Below are positions 30,845-42,003 of a stretch of DNA of 64,000 nt, piece after piece (within the stretch, counting starts at the first letter, position 1; every line of letters begins with the position of its first letter). The position numbers and the translations under genes are program-made. Source of the DNA: an uncultured Flavobacteriaceae bacterium (GTDB lineage Bacteria > Bacteroidota > Bacteroidia > Flavobacteriales > Flavobacteriaceae); assembly GCA_963740155.1 (NCBI GenBank), contig CAVUDE010000004.1, positions 33,454 through 97,453 on the forward strand, read 5' to 3'. The notes below the pieces were generated by a model. That model was not told where the DNA came from, made no database searches, and saw nothing but the letters and a program-made list of their open reading frames with translations.

Positions 30845-31705
30845 ATGAACATAGGAATTGTCATACCTGCACATAATGAAGAAAAGCATATCGCGTCCAC
30901 ACTGGATAGCTTATTAAATCAGACTTACCAGGCTGGTAAGATCATCGTAGTCAATGACAATTCAACTGATAGTACTGAAGATATTGTAAAGTCTTATTCT
31001 AAAGATAGGATAGAACTGATTACCAAAACCTCATGCGATCAAAACGTCCCTGGCAGTAAGGTGGTAGAGGCATTTAATACCGGCTTACGCAGGCTAGATC
31101 TCAATGAAATTGATATTATTTGCAAATATGATGCAGACCTAATCTTCCCTGCTCATTATCTTCAATCCATTGTGAATCGCTTTGAGAATAATAAAAAGCT
31201 AGGAATGGTTGCAGGTCATTGTACCGTTCTAAAAGATGAGACCTGGTTAATAGAAAATCTCAATAATCCAGACCACATAAGAGGAGCTTTAAAAGCATAC
31301 CGTACGGATTGTTTTAAAGAAATAGGTGGCTTGCGCAGTTCCATGGGATGGGACACGATTGATGAAATGCTAGCTAGGTATTACGATTGGGAGGTGGAAA
31401 CTATTCCTGATCTTCTTGTCAAACATTTAAAGCCTACGGGCAGCGCCTATGAAAATCAATCCTACGAAAAACAGGGCGAGGTCACCTACAAGATGCGATT
31501 AGGACTGGTACTGACACTGTTTACAGCCGTAAAAATGGCCATGAAAAAGAATCGACCCAGCATCTTGAGGGAGTTCTTGAACGGCTACCGCAAATCAAAA
31601 CAAAACAATGTAGAGCAACTGGTAACAGAATCCCAAGGGAAATTTATCAGGAATTACCGCTGGAAAGGCATCAGAAAAAAAACTGGGCCTTATACTACTT
31701 ACTGA
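30845..31705 (+). CDS. GT2 glycosyltransferase
   Basis: IVIPAHNEE, VVNDNSTD, KYDAD (DxD), GWDTIDE. Confidence 0.9.
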   Translation: MNIGIVIPAHNEEKHIASTLDSLLNQTYQAGKIIVVNDNSTDSTEDIVKSYSKDRIELITKTSCDQNVPGSKVVEAFNTGLRRLDLNEIDIICKYDADLIFPAHYLQSIVNRFENNKKLGMVAGHCTVLKDETWLIENLNNPDHIRGALKAYRTDCFKEIGGLRSSMGWDTIDEMLARYYDWEVETIPDLLVKHLKPTGSAYENQSYEKQGEVTYKMRLGLVLTLFTAVKMAMKKNRPSILREFLNGYRKSKQNNVEQLVTESQGKFIRNYRWKGIRKKTGPYTTY

Positions 31706-31794
31706 CTAATATTTCGCATTAAATCACGCTTTTTTAGCCCTCACGTAATGCGATACTCTCGCTGCGCTCGTCGTTCGCAGAAAAAAAACCGTAG
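31688..31794. repeat. ~105-bp dispersed repeat, copy 2
   Basis: Colinear with 27810-27920 with scattered substitutions; overlaps the GT2 3' end. Confidence 0.7.
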
Positions 31795-31885
31795 TTACTA
31801 CTATGCAATGATTTTTTGCCTAGACAAACTTCAAAATAATTCAATTTATTCATAGGATATTCCAAAACTAAGTTGATATGAAGAA

Positions 31886-33562
31886 CTATTCTAATACTTC
31901 AATTATCGGATTCCCAGTGGCGCTGCTGGGCATGGCTATTCTCAACAAGCTTGAAATAGTCTGGGCGATATCTGTTGCTTCCGTACGTTTAAATGTGTAA
32001 CCGGGATTAATTCCTTTTCCGTAAAACAATAGCGGTACGTGTGTATCGTAGGTATTTGAACTACCATGGGTAGTTCCCTTGCGGCCATAGCTGATCACTG
32101 CCGGCTCGAGCACGTACACCAGATCGCCGCTACGTTTCTGATGAAATCCATTTGCAATTAAACTTCCCGTTGCGTCTGAAACAGATCCACTCACGAGATC
32201 ATCTCGCTTATACACCTTATCCACGTAATCTAACTCAAGCATTTTTCCAGCGAGAAACTGCTGGACTTCTGAGGATGTAATTTCATTGATGGCCAGCTTG
32301 CGTTTATCCAGAAAAACCTGCTGGTTAGAAATATCTTCTACCATACTGCTGTCCCGATATTTGGAAGCTAGCATACTGTTGAGCGTATCTTTTAAATCAC
32401 GAGAATTGAAATAACCCGCATTAATCCTACGGCTAGTGAGATAGGCAGGATTCTCTACCGCACCGTGATCTGCCGTTAGAAAAACGGTGTAGTTTCCGTC
32501 CCCTACTTGATCATCTAGCTTTTTAAGCAATCTCGCGATTTCACGGTCTAGGCGCAGGTAGGTATCCTCAATCTCAACACTATTCACACCGTACTGATGC
32601 CCCACATAATCCGTACTGGAAAAACTTACAGTGAGAAAATCTGTGGTTTGGTCTTTTCCCAGTTCTTCATTCTCGATAGCTTGTAGAGCAAAATCCGTAA
32701 GAATGCTGTTGCCGTAGGGTGTTGATTTCAGTAGGCTGTAATTCCTATTTTCCTGAGCCAGTTCTTTTAAGTCATAGGGAAAACTCGCGCTGTCCCTACC
32801 TTTAAGGATATACTCAAAATCATTTACGTCGCTGCCACTTTCCAAGTAAGAACCAATAGGATACAATGTGTTCCATTCTTTTAAATAGGATTGAACAGTC
32901 TCACCCTGATTGAAATCAACCACCCATTGCGGTAGCTCTTCCATGTAGAACGTGCTGGTAATGAAAACGCCCTCATCGTCGCCCTTGAACCAGTAGGCAG
33001 CATCTGCTGCATGACCAGCGGGAAGAATGGCGCCACGGTCTTTCAGGCTTAAACCTATGACCTTAGACCTGCCCTGCGTGTGCAGTTCCAACTCATCGGT
33101 CACCGTAGTGGACAACACATTTCTAGGCGACATTCTACCATCGTCTGAAGTCGTACCCACAGGTTGTGCCAGCGTATCACTGGCATTGTAAATGCTTTTT
33201 CCAGCAAATTTATCGTACCAGTCGTTACCTATTATACCGTGATTCATTGGTGTGGTTCCCGTATAGATTGAGGCATGACCGGGTGCCGTATAGGTAGGCA
33301 CAAAATTAAAATGATGGTTACGTGCCTCAAACCCGTCGCGCATCAATCGTTTAAATCCATCAGATCCATATCGATCGTAGAATCTCGTGAGATAATCGTA
33401 ACGCATCTGATCCACCACTATTCCCACGACCAGCCTAGGCCTGTCCAGCTTTTCAGGAAAATTTGTGTATTCTCTTGTGTTGTTGTCACGCTTTCGCGAA
33501 AGCGTACCCTCACAACCAGCTATAATAACTACTAGAATCAATAGAAAGACACCTCTCCTCAT
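31886..33562 (-). CDS. pafA: Alkaline phosphatase PafA-family lipoprotein
   Basis: VGIVVDQMRYDY, nucleophile region PTYTAPGHA, SLKDRGAILPAGH, SFSSTDYVGH, TADHG, GTTHGS. Confidence 0.92.
   Translation of the reverse strand: MRRGVFLLILVVIIAGCEGTLSRKRDNNTREYTNFPEKLDRPRLVVGIVVDQMRYDYLTRFYDRYGSDGFKRLMRDGFEARNHHFNFVPTYTAPGHASIYTGTTPMNHGIIGNDWYDKFAGKSIYNASDTLAQPVGTTSDDGRMSPRNVLSTTVTDELELHTQGRSKVIGLSLKDRGAILPAGHAADAAYWFKGDDEGVFITSTFYMEELPQWVVDFNQGETVQSYLKEWNTLYPIGSYLESGSDVNDFEYILKGRDSASFPYDLKELAQENRNYSLLKSTPYGNSILTDFALQAIENEELGKDQTTDFLTVSFSSTDYVGHQYGVNSVEIEDTYLRLDREIARLLKKLDDQVGDGNYTVFLTADHGAVENPAYLTSRRINAGYFNSRDLKDTLNSMLASKYRDSSMVEDISNQQVFLDKRKLAINEITSSEVQQFLAGKMLELDYVDKVYKRDDLVSGSVSDATGSLIANGFHQKRSGDLVYVLEPAVISYGRKGTTHGSSNTYDTHVPLLFYGKGINPGYTFKRTEATDIAQTISSLLRIAMPSSATGNPIIEVLE
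33488..33505. repeat. Iterated palindrome, exact copy in pafA (TLSRKR)
   Basis: ACGCTTTCGCGAAAGCGT. Confidence 0.95.
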
Positions 33563-33659
33563 GGGGCTGGAATTTGCGCTAAGGTAGCAATAGTGGGCGT
33601 TGACAAGTTTAAGATACCATTAAATCGGCAGGTATTATTTTTACATACATTTACCCCAC

Positions 33660-34397
33660 ATGCAGTTTGTCACTTATTTCGGTCAGTATTTTATTATGTT
33701 GGCTGACATTTTCAGGAGGCCTACAAAAGCGATCGTTCTCAAAGAGCTGATCCTTAAGGAAATTGATGATCTCATCATAGGCTCACTGGGAATCACTGGC
33801 TTTATATCTCTTTTTATGGGTGCGGTGGTTGCACTGCAAACCTCGCTGAATTTAGACAATCCCCTTATTCCAAAATCACTCATAGGGTTTGCAACCCGCC
33901 AGTCCATTATCCTTGAATTTGCCCCTACGTTTATTTCTGTGATTATGGCAGGAAAAGTGGGCTCCTACATTACCTCGAGCATAGGAACCATGCGGGTGAC
34001 TGAGCAGATTGATGCACTGGAAGTGATGGGAATCAATCCCATTAACTATCTGGTTTTTCCTAAGGTAATTGCGTTGTTGTTCTATCCATTCCTGATCGCG
34101 ATCTGTATGTTTGTGGGAATACTGGGCGGCTATCTTGCTAGTGTTTATGGTGGTCTGGTAGGATCTGACGATTTTATTAGGGGACTGCAGGATGCATTCA
34201 TTCCCTATCACATTGCTTACGCCTTTATAAAAACGATGGTCTTTGGGTTGCTGCTGGCAACGATACCCTGCTATCATGGTTACTACATGAAAGGTGGTGC
34301 ACTGGAAGTAGGTAAGGCGAGTACCACCAGTTTTGTGTGGACCTGTTTTGCCATTATCATAGCAAATTATATTCTCACCCAGTTACTTTTAAGTTAA
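33660..34397 (+). CDS. mlaE: MlaE-family ABC permease
   Basis: LEFAPTFISVIMAGKVGSYITSSIGTMRVTEQIDALEVMGINP. Confidence 0.92.
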   Translation: MQFVTYFGQYFIMLADIFRRPTKAIVLKELILKEIDDLIIGSLGITGFISLFMGAVVALQTSLNLDNPLIPKSLIGFATRQSIILEFAPTFISVIMAGKVGSYITSSIGTMRVTEQIDALEVMGINPINYLVFPKVIALLFYPFLIAICMFVGILGGYLASVYGGLVGSDDFIRGLQDAFIPYHIAYAFIKTMVFGLLLATIPCYHGYYMKGGALEVGKASTTSFVWTCFAIIIANYILTQLLLS

Positions 34398-35161
34398 TGA
34401 TTGAAGTAAAAAATCTTAGAAAGGGATTCAACGGTGAGGAAGTGCTGAAAGGTATTTCTACCACCTTTGATCGCGGTAAGACTAATATGATCATAGGTGC
34501 CAGTGGATCTGGCAAGTCAGTATTTCTAAAGAATATGCTGGGGCTTTTTCAGCCAGATGATGGTACTATTTTCTACGACGGGGAAAAGCTAAGCGACATG
34601 GATGATGATCGCAAGGGTGACTTGCGCAAGGAAATGGGCATGCTTTTCCAGCACAGCGCGTTGTTTGACTCAATGACGGTAGAAGAAAATGTTATGTTCC
34701 CGCTGCGCATGTTCAACAGGATGCGTAGAAAAGAACGTCGCGAAAAAGCAAACGTTATGCTGGAACGCGTCAACCTGGTGAACCTTAATAAAAAAATGCC
34801 CAGTGAAATTTCTGGTGGGCAGCAAAAAAGGGTTGCACTTGCCAGAGCGGTTGTCAACTATCCCAAATACCTTTTCTGTGATGAACCCAATTCAGGCCTG
34901 GATCCTCGTACGGCAACCGTGATCGACAACTTGATCCAAGAAATCACCAAAGAGCGAGATATAACAACCGTCATTATTTCCCACGATATGAATAGTGTGA
35001 TGGAAATAGGCGAGACGATTGTTTTTCTTAAAGATGGCCATCTGGTCTGGAAAGGAACTAACAAGGAAATATTCAAGACAGACAATCAGGCGGTCACAGA
35101 ATTTGTCTATAGTTCCAACTTATTCAAGAAAGTACGCATCGCGCAGAATGAGGGTTATTAG
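34397..35161 (+). CDS. mlaF: MlaF-family ABC ATP-binding protein
   Basis: Start overlaps the mlaE stop (TAATG). GASGSGKS, ISGGQQKRV, CDEPNSGLDP, ISHD. Confidence 0.9.
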   Translation: MIEVKNLRKGFNGEEVLKGISTTFDRGKTNMIIGASGSGKSVFLKNMLGLFQPDDGTIFYDGEKLSDMDDDRKGDLRKEMGMLFQHSALFDSMTVEENVMFPLRMFNRMRRKERREKANVMLERVNLVNLNKKMPSEISGGQQKRVALARAVVNYPKYLFCDEPNSGLDPRTATVIDNLIQEITKERDITTVIISHDMNSVMEIGETIVFLKDGHLVWKGTNKEIFKTDNQAVTEFVYSSNLFKKVRIAQNEGY

Positions 35162-35300
35162 TAGCTAATCACTGCTTTAAAATTCGTACAGCCTGTTGAT
35201 TCAGAACAAGTTATCTGACTTACCCCAATTGGATTGCTAATTTTTTGAAATCGATTCTACCAATTCAAATTAAGTAGAAAAACCCGACTTACAATCTCCA

Positions 35301-36014
35301 TTAATTCTCCCGCAGGATTCCGGGAACCTCAAATTCATCGAAATCCCCGACAATTCTATAAGGCTGGAATCTGCTGAACATTTCTTCAGAATACCATTGC
35401 AACGCCTGGGTTTGCTGTATAGCACCGCGGTGTTCCTTACCTCTGTAAGCAAATTTTTTTAACGCGTTGCTGTTTTTCCAAAGACTTAGGGTTGCCATGT
35501 GCGTCACCGGCCATTCCCCTACCCCTATCTTGTATAATAGATCTGGATTCTCATCCAGGCCTTGCTGGGATTTAGGTACGTAATCCCAGAATCTTTTCAG
35601 GAAAAGAAGTTTTATACGAGCCCTTGTGAGTACAAAGATGAAATCGTTTTGGTCATCTAGCTGGGTGCTTTCCTTAAAAGGATTTTTGCCGGCCCACTGT
35701 CCTCTTGCTTTTAAATTTTTTAAAAATACCTGCTGGAATTTTACAGCTCTACGTTTCAACTTTGCGTGAAAAGGATGGTTCTGGAAATAATCTACCGCAA
35801 ATTTCTCATTCTCCCATACCTGCACATGCATATATTTTGACCAGTCAGGCCTGGGATCGAACCCAGGTTTGCCTACCCCCATCACCTTGTGAAAGGTTTG
35901 TCCCTTGATTCTGGGCAGTGTTAACCAGCCCTCTGCAACGGCGATAAAGCCTTTTGCGTGGCCAGCAAGATCATCGCTGGTAAATATTGATATGGTGGTT
36001 ATTTGCTGGGACAT
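35301..36014 (-). CDS. CrtA-like (spheroidene monooxygenase/DUF3291) protein
   Basis: FHKVMGVG…PDWSKY, LTRARI, IGVGEWP…ATLSLW…FAY…H..AI…WYSEEMFSRF pattern of CrtA-type proteins. Confidence 0.75.
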   Translation of the reverse strand: MSQQITTISIFTSDDLAGHAKGFIAVAEGWLTLPRIKGQTFHKVMGVGKPGFDPRPDWSKYMHVQVWENEKFAVDYFQNHPFHAKLKRRAVKFQQVFLKNLKARGQWAGKNPFKESTQLDDQNDFIFVLTRARIKLLFLKRFWDYVPKSQQGLDENPDLLYKIGVGEWPVTHMATLSLWKNSNALKKFAYRGKEHRGAIQQTQALQWYSEEMFSRFQPYRIVGDFDEFEVPGILREN

Positions 36015-36048
36015 AAAAAACGCCTTTTGTTAGGTTCACAAAAGGCGT
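36015..36048 (-). terminator. Terminator after aconitase
   Basis: ACGCCTTTTGT-TAGGTTC-ACAAAAGGCGT with an A6 tract; it abuts the crtA-like ATG. Confidence 0.7.
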
Positions 36049-36072
36049 CTAAAATTACAGTTAAGTGGTCAA

Positions 36073-38340
36073 TTAAGACGCATTATCTTCTTTGATCTTG
36101 TTAAGAGCACTTCCTTTATCATACCACTCAATCTGGGCAGCGTTATAGGTATGGTTCAACTTGATCTTATCCTTAGAACCATCCTTGTGAACGATTTCCA
36201 GCGTCAGTTGCTTGTCTGGTGCAAATTGATCCAGATCTATGAAATTAAAGCTATCATCCTCTTGAATCAGATCGTAATCAGATTCGTTTGCAAATGTTAG
36301 ACCCAGCATTCCCTGCTTTTTAAGGTTAGTCTCGTGGATACGCGCAAATGATTTCACGATCACAGCTACAACACCTAAAAATCTAGGCTCCATAGCCGCA
36401 TGCTCACGGGATGATCCCTCACCGTAGTTATGATCTCCCACTACGATGGTAGGAACTCCTTTTGCCTTGTAGGCGCGTTGCGTCTTTGGAACAGCGTCGT
36501 ACTCCCCGTCCAGCTGACTCTTGACCCAGTTGGTCTTTTTGTTATATGCATTTACTGCGCCTATCAAACAGTTGTTTGAAATGTTATCCAGATGCCCTCT
36601 GTAACGCAACCACGGTCCTGCCATGGAAATATGGTCTGTCGTACACTTTCCGAAAGCCTTGATCAGCAGCTTTGCATCTTTTATGTCACGACCTATGGGC
36701 TCAAATGGAGTAAGCAATTCCAGTCTTTCTGAATCTTCATCCACTACTACCTCGACGCTACTACCATCATCTTTGGGCGCTAGATAGCCATCATCTTTTA
36801 CTTCAAAACCTTTAGGTGGGAGTTCCCATCCAGTAGGTTCATCCAGCATTACCTCATCGCCGTCCTCATTGATCAACTTATCCGTTATCGGGTTGAAATC
36901 TAGGCGTCCAGCAATAGCAATCGCAGCTGTCATTTCTGGCGAAGCTACAAAGGCGTGCGTATTGGGATTCCCATCTGCGCGTTTTGCAAAGTTTCTATTG
37001 AACGAGTGAACAATGCTGTTTTTTGGGGCGTTTTTTGGATCTTCATAACGTGCCCATTGTCCTATACAAGGACCACAAGCGTTAGTAAAAATCTTTGCGT
37101 CCAGTTTCTCAAAAATTCCAAGAATACCATCGCGCTCTGTGGTATAGCGCACTTTTTCAGAACCAGGGTTGATACCAAATTCTGCTTTTGTCTTCAATCC
37201 TTTATCGATAGCCTGTTGTGCAATCGAGCTTGCACGGGATAAATCTTCATAAGAAGAATTTGTACAAGAACCTATTAGCCCCCATTCTACTTTGATAGGC
37301 CAGCCGTGCTTTTCGGCTTTTGGTTTCATGGTTCCTACCTCTGTAGCGAGATCTGGAGTAAATGGCCCGTTCAGGTGTGGCATCAATGTATTGAGATCAA
37401 TATCAATTACCTGATCAAAATACTTTTCTGGATTCTCGTAAACCTCAGCATCACCAGTAAGATGTTCTCTAACCTTGTTTGCCTCATTTGCGATATCTTC
37501 TCTATCGGTAGCTCTTAGGTAGCGTTCCATGGCATCATCATAGCCAAAAGTAGAAGTAGTCGCACCTATTTCTGCACCCATGTTACAGATGGTTCCTTTG
37601 CCAGTACAAGAGAGGTTCAATGCACCATCGCCAAAGTATTCTACAATCGCACCCGTACCACCTTTTACGGTCAGGATTTCAGCAACTTTAAGGATTACGT
37701 CTTTAGGTGCTGTCCAGCCAGATAATTTACCTGTCAGCCTTACACCTATCAATTTTGGGAATTTAAGTTCCCATGCCATACCAGCCATAACGTCCACGGC
37801 ATCTGCACCGCCCACGCCTATGGCCACCATTCCCAGACCACCGGCATTCACCGTATGGGAATCTGTACCTATCATCATCCCACCTGGAAATGCATAATTT
37901 TCAAGAACAACCTGGTGGATGATTCCCGCACCTGGTTTCCAGAATCCGATTCCGTATTTATTAGAAACCGATTCCAGAAAGTTAAACACCTCATTACTGG
38001 TATTCATGGCGTGTTGCAAATCCTTATCAGCGCCGTCCTTTGCCTGAATCAGGTGATCACAGTGCACTGTTGTGGGAACGGCGACTTTATCTTTTCCAGC
38101 CTGCATAAATTGTAAAAGCGCCATTTGTGCAGTAGCATCCTGACATGCGATACGATCTGGGGCAAAATCCACATAATCCTTACCACGCGTAAATTCCTTG
38201 CTGGGCTTTCCTTCCCAGAGGTGGGAGTACAATATCTTCTCAGAAAGTGTAAGTGGTTTACCGGTAAGTTCTCTGGCGCGTGCGATGCGGTCAGGCATCT
38301 GCTCGTACACCTTTTTAATCATATCTATATCAAAAGCCAT
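36073..38340 (-). CDS. acn: Aconitate hydratase (mitochondrial-type)
   Basis: [57 protein letters not shown]. Confidence 0.97.
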   Translation of the reverse strand: MAFDIDMIKKVYEQMPDRIARARELTGKPLTLSEKILYSHLWEGKPSKEFTRGKDYVDFAPDRIACQDATAQMALLQFMQAGKDKVAVPTTVHCDHLIQAKDGADKDLQHAMNTSNEVFNFLESVSNKYGIGFWKPGAGIIHQVVLENYAFPGGMMIGTDSHTVNAGGLGMVAIGVGGADAVDVMAGMAWELKFPKLIGVRLTGKLSGWTAPKDVILKVAEILTVKGGTGAIVEYFGDGALNLSCTGKGTICNMGAEIGATTSTFGYDDAMERYLRATDREDIANEANKVREHLTGDAEVYENPEKYFDQVIDIDLNTLMPHLNGPFTPDLATEVGTMKPKAEKHGWPIKVEWGLIGSCTNSSYEDLSRASSIAQQAIDKGLKTKAEFGINPGSEKVRYTTERDGILGIFEKLDAKIFTNACGPCIGQWARYEDPKNAPKNSIVHSFNRNFAKRADGNPNTHAFVASPEMTAAIAIAGRLDFNPITDKLINEDGDEVMLDEPTGWELPPKGFEVKDDGYLAPKDDGSSVEVVVDEDSERLELLTPFEPIGRDIKDAKLLIKAFGKCTTDHISMAGPWLRYRGHLDNISNNCLIGAVNAYNKKTNWVKSQLDGEYDAVPKTQRAYKAKGVPTIVVGDHNYGEGSSREHAAMEPRFLGVVAVIVKSFARIHETNLKKQGMLGLTFANESDYDLIQEDDSFNFIDLDQFAPDKQLTLEIVHKDGSKDKIKLNHTYNAAQIEWYDKGSALNKIKEDNAS

Positions 38341-38773
38341 AAAAGTGTTTTTATTAAGGTACGCGAATTTACAAAATCAAGAGCGTAATTGCAAGATTTG
38401 CAGCAGTATCCAGAAAAAGCTGCACTATTCTTATCAATTGACATAATCTCACCATTTAAAATAGAGAATTAACCATTTTAAGTGGTAATTTTATAACACA
38501 TTAGCAATGTAAAACTATTCTAAATAGCTTTGTCAGGATGCTCTGGTAAATGAGAGTCTATTGTAAACAAGCTCAGTTTCAGACAACAATGATTTATGAG
38601 TTCAAACAGCGATGGTGTAAAACAAAGGTTCTGAAGTAAAAATCGATTAGACCGAGTAATCGACAGCCCGGTAATGGAAATTGCACCCCGTAGCATTATC
38701 ATCTTCAAATTATGATTGCCGCAGCGTTTTCAAACACCTGAATCAATGGGGACAAACGGAGATTTTAGAGAAT

Positions 38774-38791
38774 ACGCTTTCGCGAAAGCGT
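38774..38791. repeat. Iterated palindrome, exact intergenic copy 5 bp after the moxR stop
   Basis: ACGCTTTCGCGAAAGCGT. Confidence 0.95.
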
Positions 38792-38796
38792 AAAAC

Positions 38797-39746
38797 CTAC
38801 AGAAGCTCAGAAATGATACTTGCCTCTGTGTAACCCTCTGCCTCTGCCTTGTAATTTTTGATGATCCTGTGTCTCAAAACGGCAGTAGAAACGGCTTGTA
38901 CATCCTCAATATCAGGGCTGTACTTACCTTTGATAGCTGCGTGGGTCTTTGCTGCTAGGATCAGATTCTGGGAGGCACGTCCGCACCCCAGTCTAGATAG
39001 TTCTTCACGATATCTGGAGCAGCATCTGTTTTAGGACGAGTTTTGCCTACCAGTCGCACCGCATATTCAATAACGTTATCTGCCACTGGAATACGGCGTA
39101 TGAGTTGTTGTAATTCCAATATTTCCTGTGCGTCAAACAATGCACTGATCTGTCCAGAAGTACTTCCCGTGGTTGTTTTTACCACATCTACCTCTTCCTG
39201 AAAGCTGGGATAATCCAGCATGATGGAAATCATAAACCTGTCCAGCTGCGCCTCTGGCAACGGATAAGTTCCTTCTTGCTCGATGGGATTCTGGGTGGCG
39301 AGTACAAAATAGGGTTGCCCCAGCGGGTAATTCTGTCCAGCAACGGTCACCTTCTTCTCCTGCATGGCCTCAAGTAGTGCTGCCTGGGTTTTGGGCGGTG
39401 TACGGTTGATCTCATCTGCCAAGACAATGTTTGAAAAGATAGGGCCTTTGATAAACTTGAACTGTCTCTTCTCGTCTAGAATCTCACTTCCCAAAATATC
39501 GCTGGGCATAAGATCTGGCGTAAACTGTATGCGTTTAAAATCCAGTCCCAGCGCACGCGATATGGATTGCACCATAAGGGTTTTAGCAAGGCCGGGAACT
39601 CCTACCAGCAACACGTGGCCCCCAGAAAAAATAGAAATCAGAATCTGTTCTATGACGTGATCCTGACCTATGATGACATTGGCAATTTCTTTCTTGAGTT
39701 CCTCTACCCGCTGGACCAGGCGGTCCATCGCTGCTACATCTGACAT
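38797..39746 (-). CDS. MoxR-family AAA+ ATPase, frameshifted at ~38980
   Basis: GVPGLAKT, RIQFTPDLMPSD, LADEINR, ATQNPIEQEGTYPLPEAQLDRF. After DWGA the other frame gives RASQNLILAAK…LRHRII…SELL* (stop at 38797). Confidence 0.9.
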
Positions 39747-39752
39747 ATAAGT

Positions 39753-41150
39753 TTATTTGGTCCAGTTAGTTTCAAAATCACAGTCATCAAATTGACCGTC
39801 CACCTTAACGTAAGTGTCCTTCAATTTTTTTACCTGCCATTTCTCGACTGTTTCAATCTGTTTGTTGCGTGTTGCAAGATCCTTGATCTTCAGAAAATCG
39901 CGCTGATAATCTGCCTTGTGGTCTTCAACCTTGTCGTTCAAATAAATCAATTTGAAATAAATCTTGTCTGGATCCCGCTCATCACGTTCTTGCAATATAC
40001 CGCTCACATCGCCCTTTTCCATAAACTGAACCTGTGAGGCTAATTGTGTAGGCAACTTTACTACTTCAAAGAACTTACCACCGGTCGATGGATTAGTAAG
40101 CTGGCCGCCGTTAGGTGCAGTTTCTTCCTCGGTGCTTATTTGTTTTGCCGCTTCTTCAAAGGTGATTTCCTTCAATACGATCTTATCGCGCATCTTATCC
40201 AGTTCTTCCCGTGCATCGTTAAGCTGGGAAGTAGAAATAAATGGCTTTAGCAAAATATGGCGCACATCTCTTATCTGTCCACGTACATCATCCACCAGCA
40301 GTATATGCCATCCAAAACTGGTCTCAAACGGCTCGCTGATCTCACCTTCCTGAAGACTGAATGCCTGATCCTTGAACTCCTTTACAAAAGGATCACCACG
40401 TCTCAGAGAGATAATACCCCCCTGACGCTCAGTAACTATATCATCAGAATACAGTGTGGCTTTTGCAGCAAAGTTCCCACCGTTTTCCAGAACATCTGTT
40501 CTAAAGCCATTAAGCTTATCGATCGTATCTTGAATTGCATCTTCCGTAGGTTTTGGCTCAACAACGATCTGTGAAATATTCACTTCTGTACCAAAAATGG
40601 GACGTTCTTCCTCTGGAATATTATAGAAGAACTGGCGTACCTCTTCTGGAGTGATTTCTACGGCATCAGTCAGTCGTTGCTGCATGCGTTCTGCCAGCAG
40701 CTGTTCTCTATCCAGGATCATCAAATCCTGACGCAATTCTTCTATGCTGCTGCGATTATAGTAATCTGCAACTGCCTTGTCATTCCCTATTTTACTCTTG
40801 AAATAGTTGATCTTGCGCTCTGTAAAACTGGCAACTTCCTCGTCACTCACGTTGATACTATCCTGAATGGCATGGTGTGCAAACATCTTGTTTTGCAACA
40901 TACCTTCCACAAGTTCACACCGCGTGAGATCTAGTCCACCCTCGCGACCCATGTTCTGCACCTCGCGCACAATGTCGCTATCCAGAATCACATAATCCCC
41001 TATCACGCCTGCCACACCGTCGATGGGCACTCTTTCTTTGTTAATGTTGCGTGTTGAATCTATCCCGACTATCGTGGATGAGTAGGTTTGTGCTGTTCCC
41101 GCTTTCGCGAAAGCTAACACAACAACCATCACCATTAATCTATTTATCAT
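39753..41150 (-). CDS. SurA-like peptidyl-prolyl isomerase/chaperone
   Basis: SurA N-domain (IDGVAGVIG…ILDSD) and two parvulin domains (FAAKATLYSDD…GG; FETSFGWHI). Confidence 0.88.
   Translation of the reverse strand: MINRLMVMVVVLAFAKAGTAQTYSSTIVGIDSTRNINKERVPIDGVAGVIGDYVILDSDIVREVQNMGREGGLDLTRCELVEGMLQNKMFAHHAIQDSINVSDEEVASFTERKINYFKSKIGNDKAVADYYNRSSIEELRQDLMILDREQLLAERMQQRLTDAVEITPEEVRQFFYNIPEEERPIFGTEVNISQIVVEPKPTEDAIQDTIDKLNGFRTDVLENGGNFAAKATLYSDDIVTERQGGIISLRRGDPFVKEFKDQAFSLQEGEISEPFETSFGWHILLVDDVRGQIRDVRHILLKPFISTSQLNDAREELDKMRDKIVLKEITFEEAAKQISTEEETAPNGGQLTNPSTGGKFFEVVKLPTQLASQVQFMEKGDVSGILQERDERDPDKIYFKLIYLNDKVEDHKADYQRDFLKIKDLATRNKQIETVEKWQVKKLKDTYVKVDGQFDDCDFETNWTK
41100..41114. 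repeat. Iterated palindrome core in the SurA-like signal peptide (AFAKA)
   Basis: CGCTTTCGCGAAAGC. Confidence 0.85.
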
Positions 41151-42003
41151 ATCGTATCACTTCATTACTGCTCCTGGCATCGTTGAGCAAATCTGTCTTA
41201 AGCTTGTTAACGTACTGCAGCTTCTTTTTACTAAGCAAAATCTGGCGTATGGTGGGCGTCACGTAACTGAGCGGCGCCTGATCGCCACGTTCCAGCCTGT
41301 CCAGAGTCCTCAAATAATACACTCCCGTACTATCCACGATTTCCTGCACCTTACCGGTCGCAAGATAACGCTGCTGATTACTTAAATTAACGGGTGGGAT
41401 ATCTTCAAAAATGGTGCTCTTTTTTAACCAGATACTGTCATTAAGGTTAAAGCCTTTAAAGCCCAGGCGAGCTTCTTTTAATTTTGAGATAGAAATACTG
41501 TCGTTCTTCTTGAACAATTTCTCCAGCTCATCCCTGTCAGGATTGCGCTCATCCAGATGGATATATTGCATGCGTATCAACTCCTCGTTGAGTTTAAAAT
41601 TCTCACTGCGACCTTCATAATACTTCTCGATAGCAGTGGGTGTCACCACGGTATCCATCTTTTGTTGCACCATAAGTCTGGTGTACTGCTGTGTGTAAAG
41701 TTCCTGGCGGTATTTTGCGACAAGATCCTCAATATTTTCTTGAGCATTCTGATCTATATTTTGCTGCGCATTTTCTAGAAGAGCAGCCTCCAGCAGCCAT
41801 TTATCCAGGTAGGTATCAAGCCATGCCAGGCTATCCTGAGCGCTCAAGCCATCTGGCATCGCACGTGCTACATTTTGCTTTGTGAGCTTTTGTGATTTAT
41901 AAGAGGCCACGACACCCTCATTTTCCTGAGGTGCAAACAAGTCGCAAGACCAGACACAGCTACAAGCAACAAATAGTAGTAAGATCTTTAGATTACTCTT
42001 CAA
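41140..42003 (-). CDS. PPIase-associated lipoprotein (peptidyl-prolyl isomerase-like)
   Basis: Probable TTG start at 42003, lipobox VWSC, and APLSYVTPTIRQILL motif; sits in the operon between two PPIases. Confidence 0.7.
   Translation of the reverse strand: MKSNLKILLLFVACSCVWSCDLFAPQENEGVVASYKSQKLTKQNVARAMPDGLSAQDSLAWLDTYLDKWLLEAALLENAQQNIDQNAQENIEDLVAKYRQELYTQQYTRLMVQQKMDTVVTPTAIEKYYEGRSENFKLNEELIRMQYIHLDERNPDRDELEKLFKKNDSISISKLKEARLGFKGFNLNDSIWLKKSTIFEDIPPVNLSNQQRYLATGKVQEIVDSTGVYYLRTLDRLERGDQAPLSYVTPTIRQILLSKKKLQYVNKLKTDLLNDARSSNEVIRYDK

Noticed and set aside
38520-38708. 62-aa ORF between acn and moxR
   Set aside because: TTG start, no recognisable family; treated as intergenic.
38774-38791. 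Palindrome as parS, a Noc site or simply a terminator
   Set aside because: The centre spacing differs from parS (TGTTTCACGTGAAACA) and the Noc site. Most copies are inside CDSs and lack U-tracts, so termination cannot explain the set, though individual intergenic copies may act that way.
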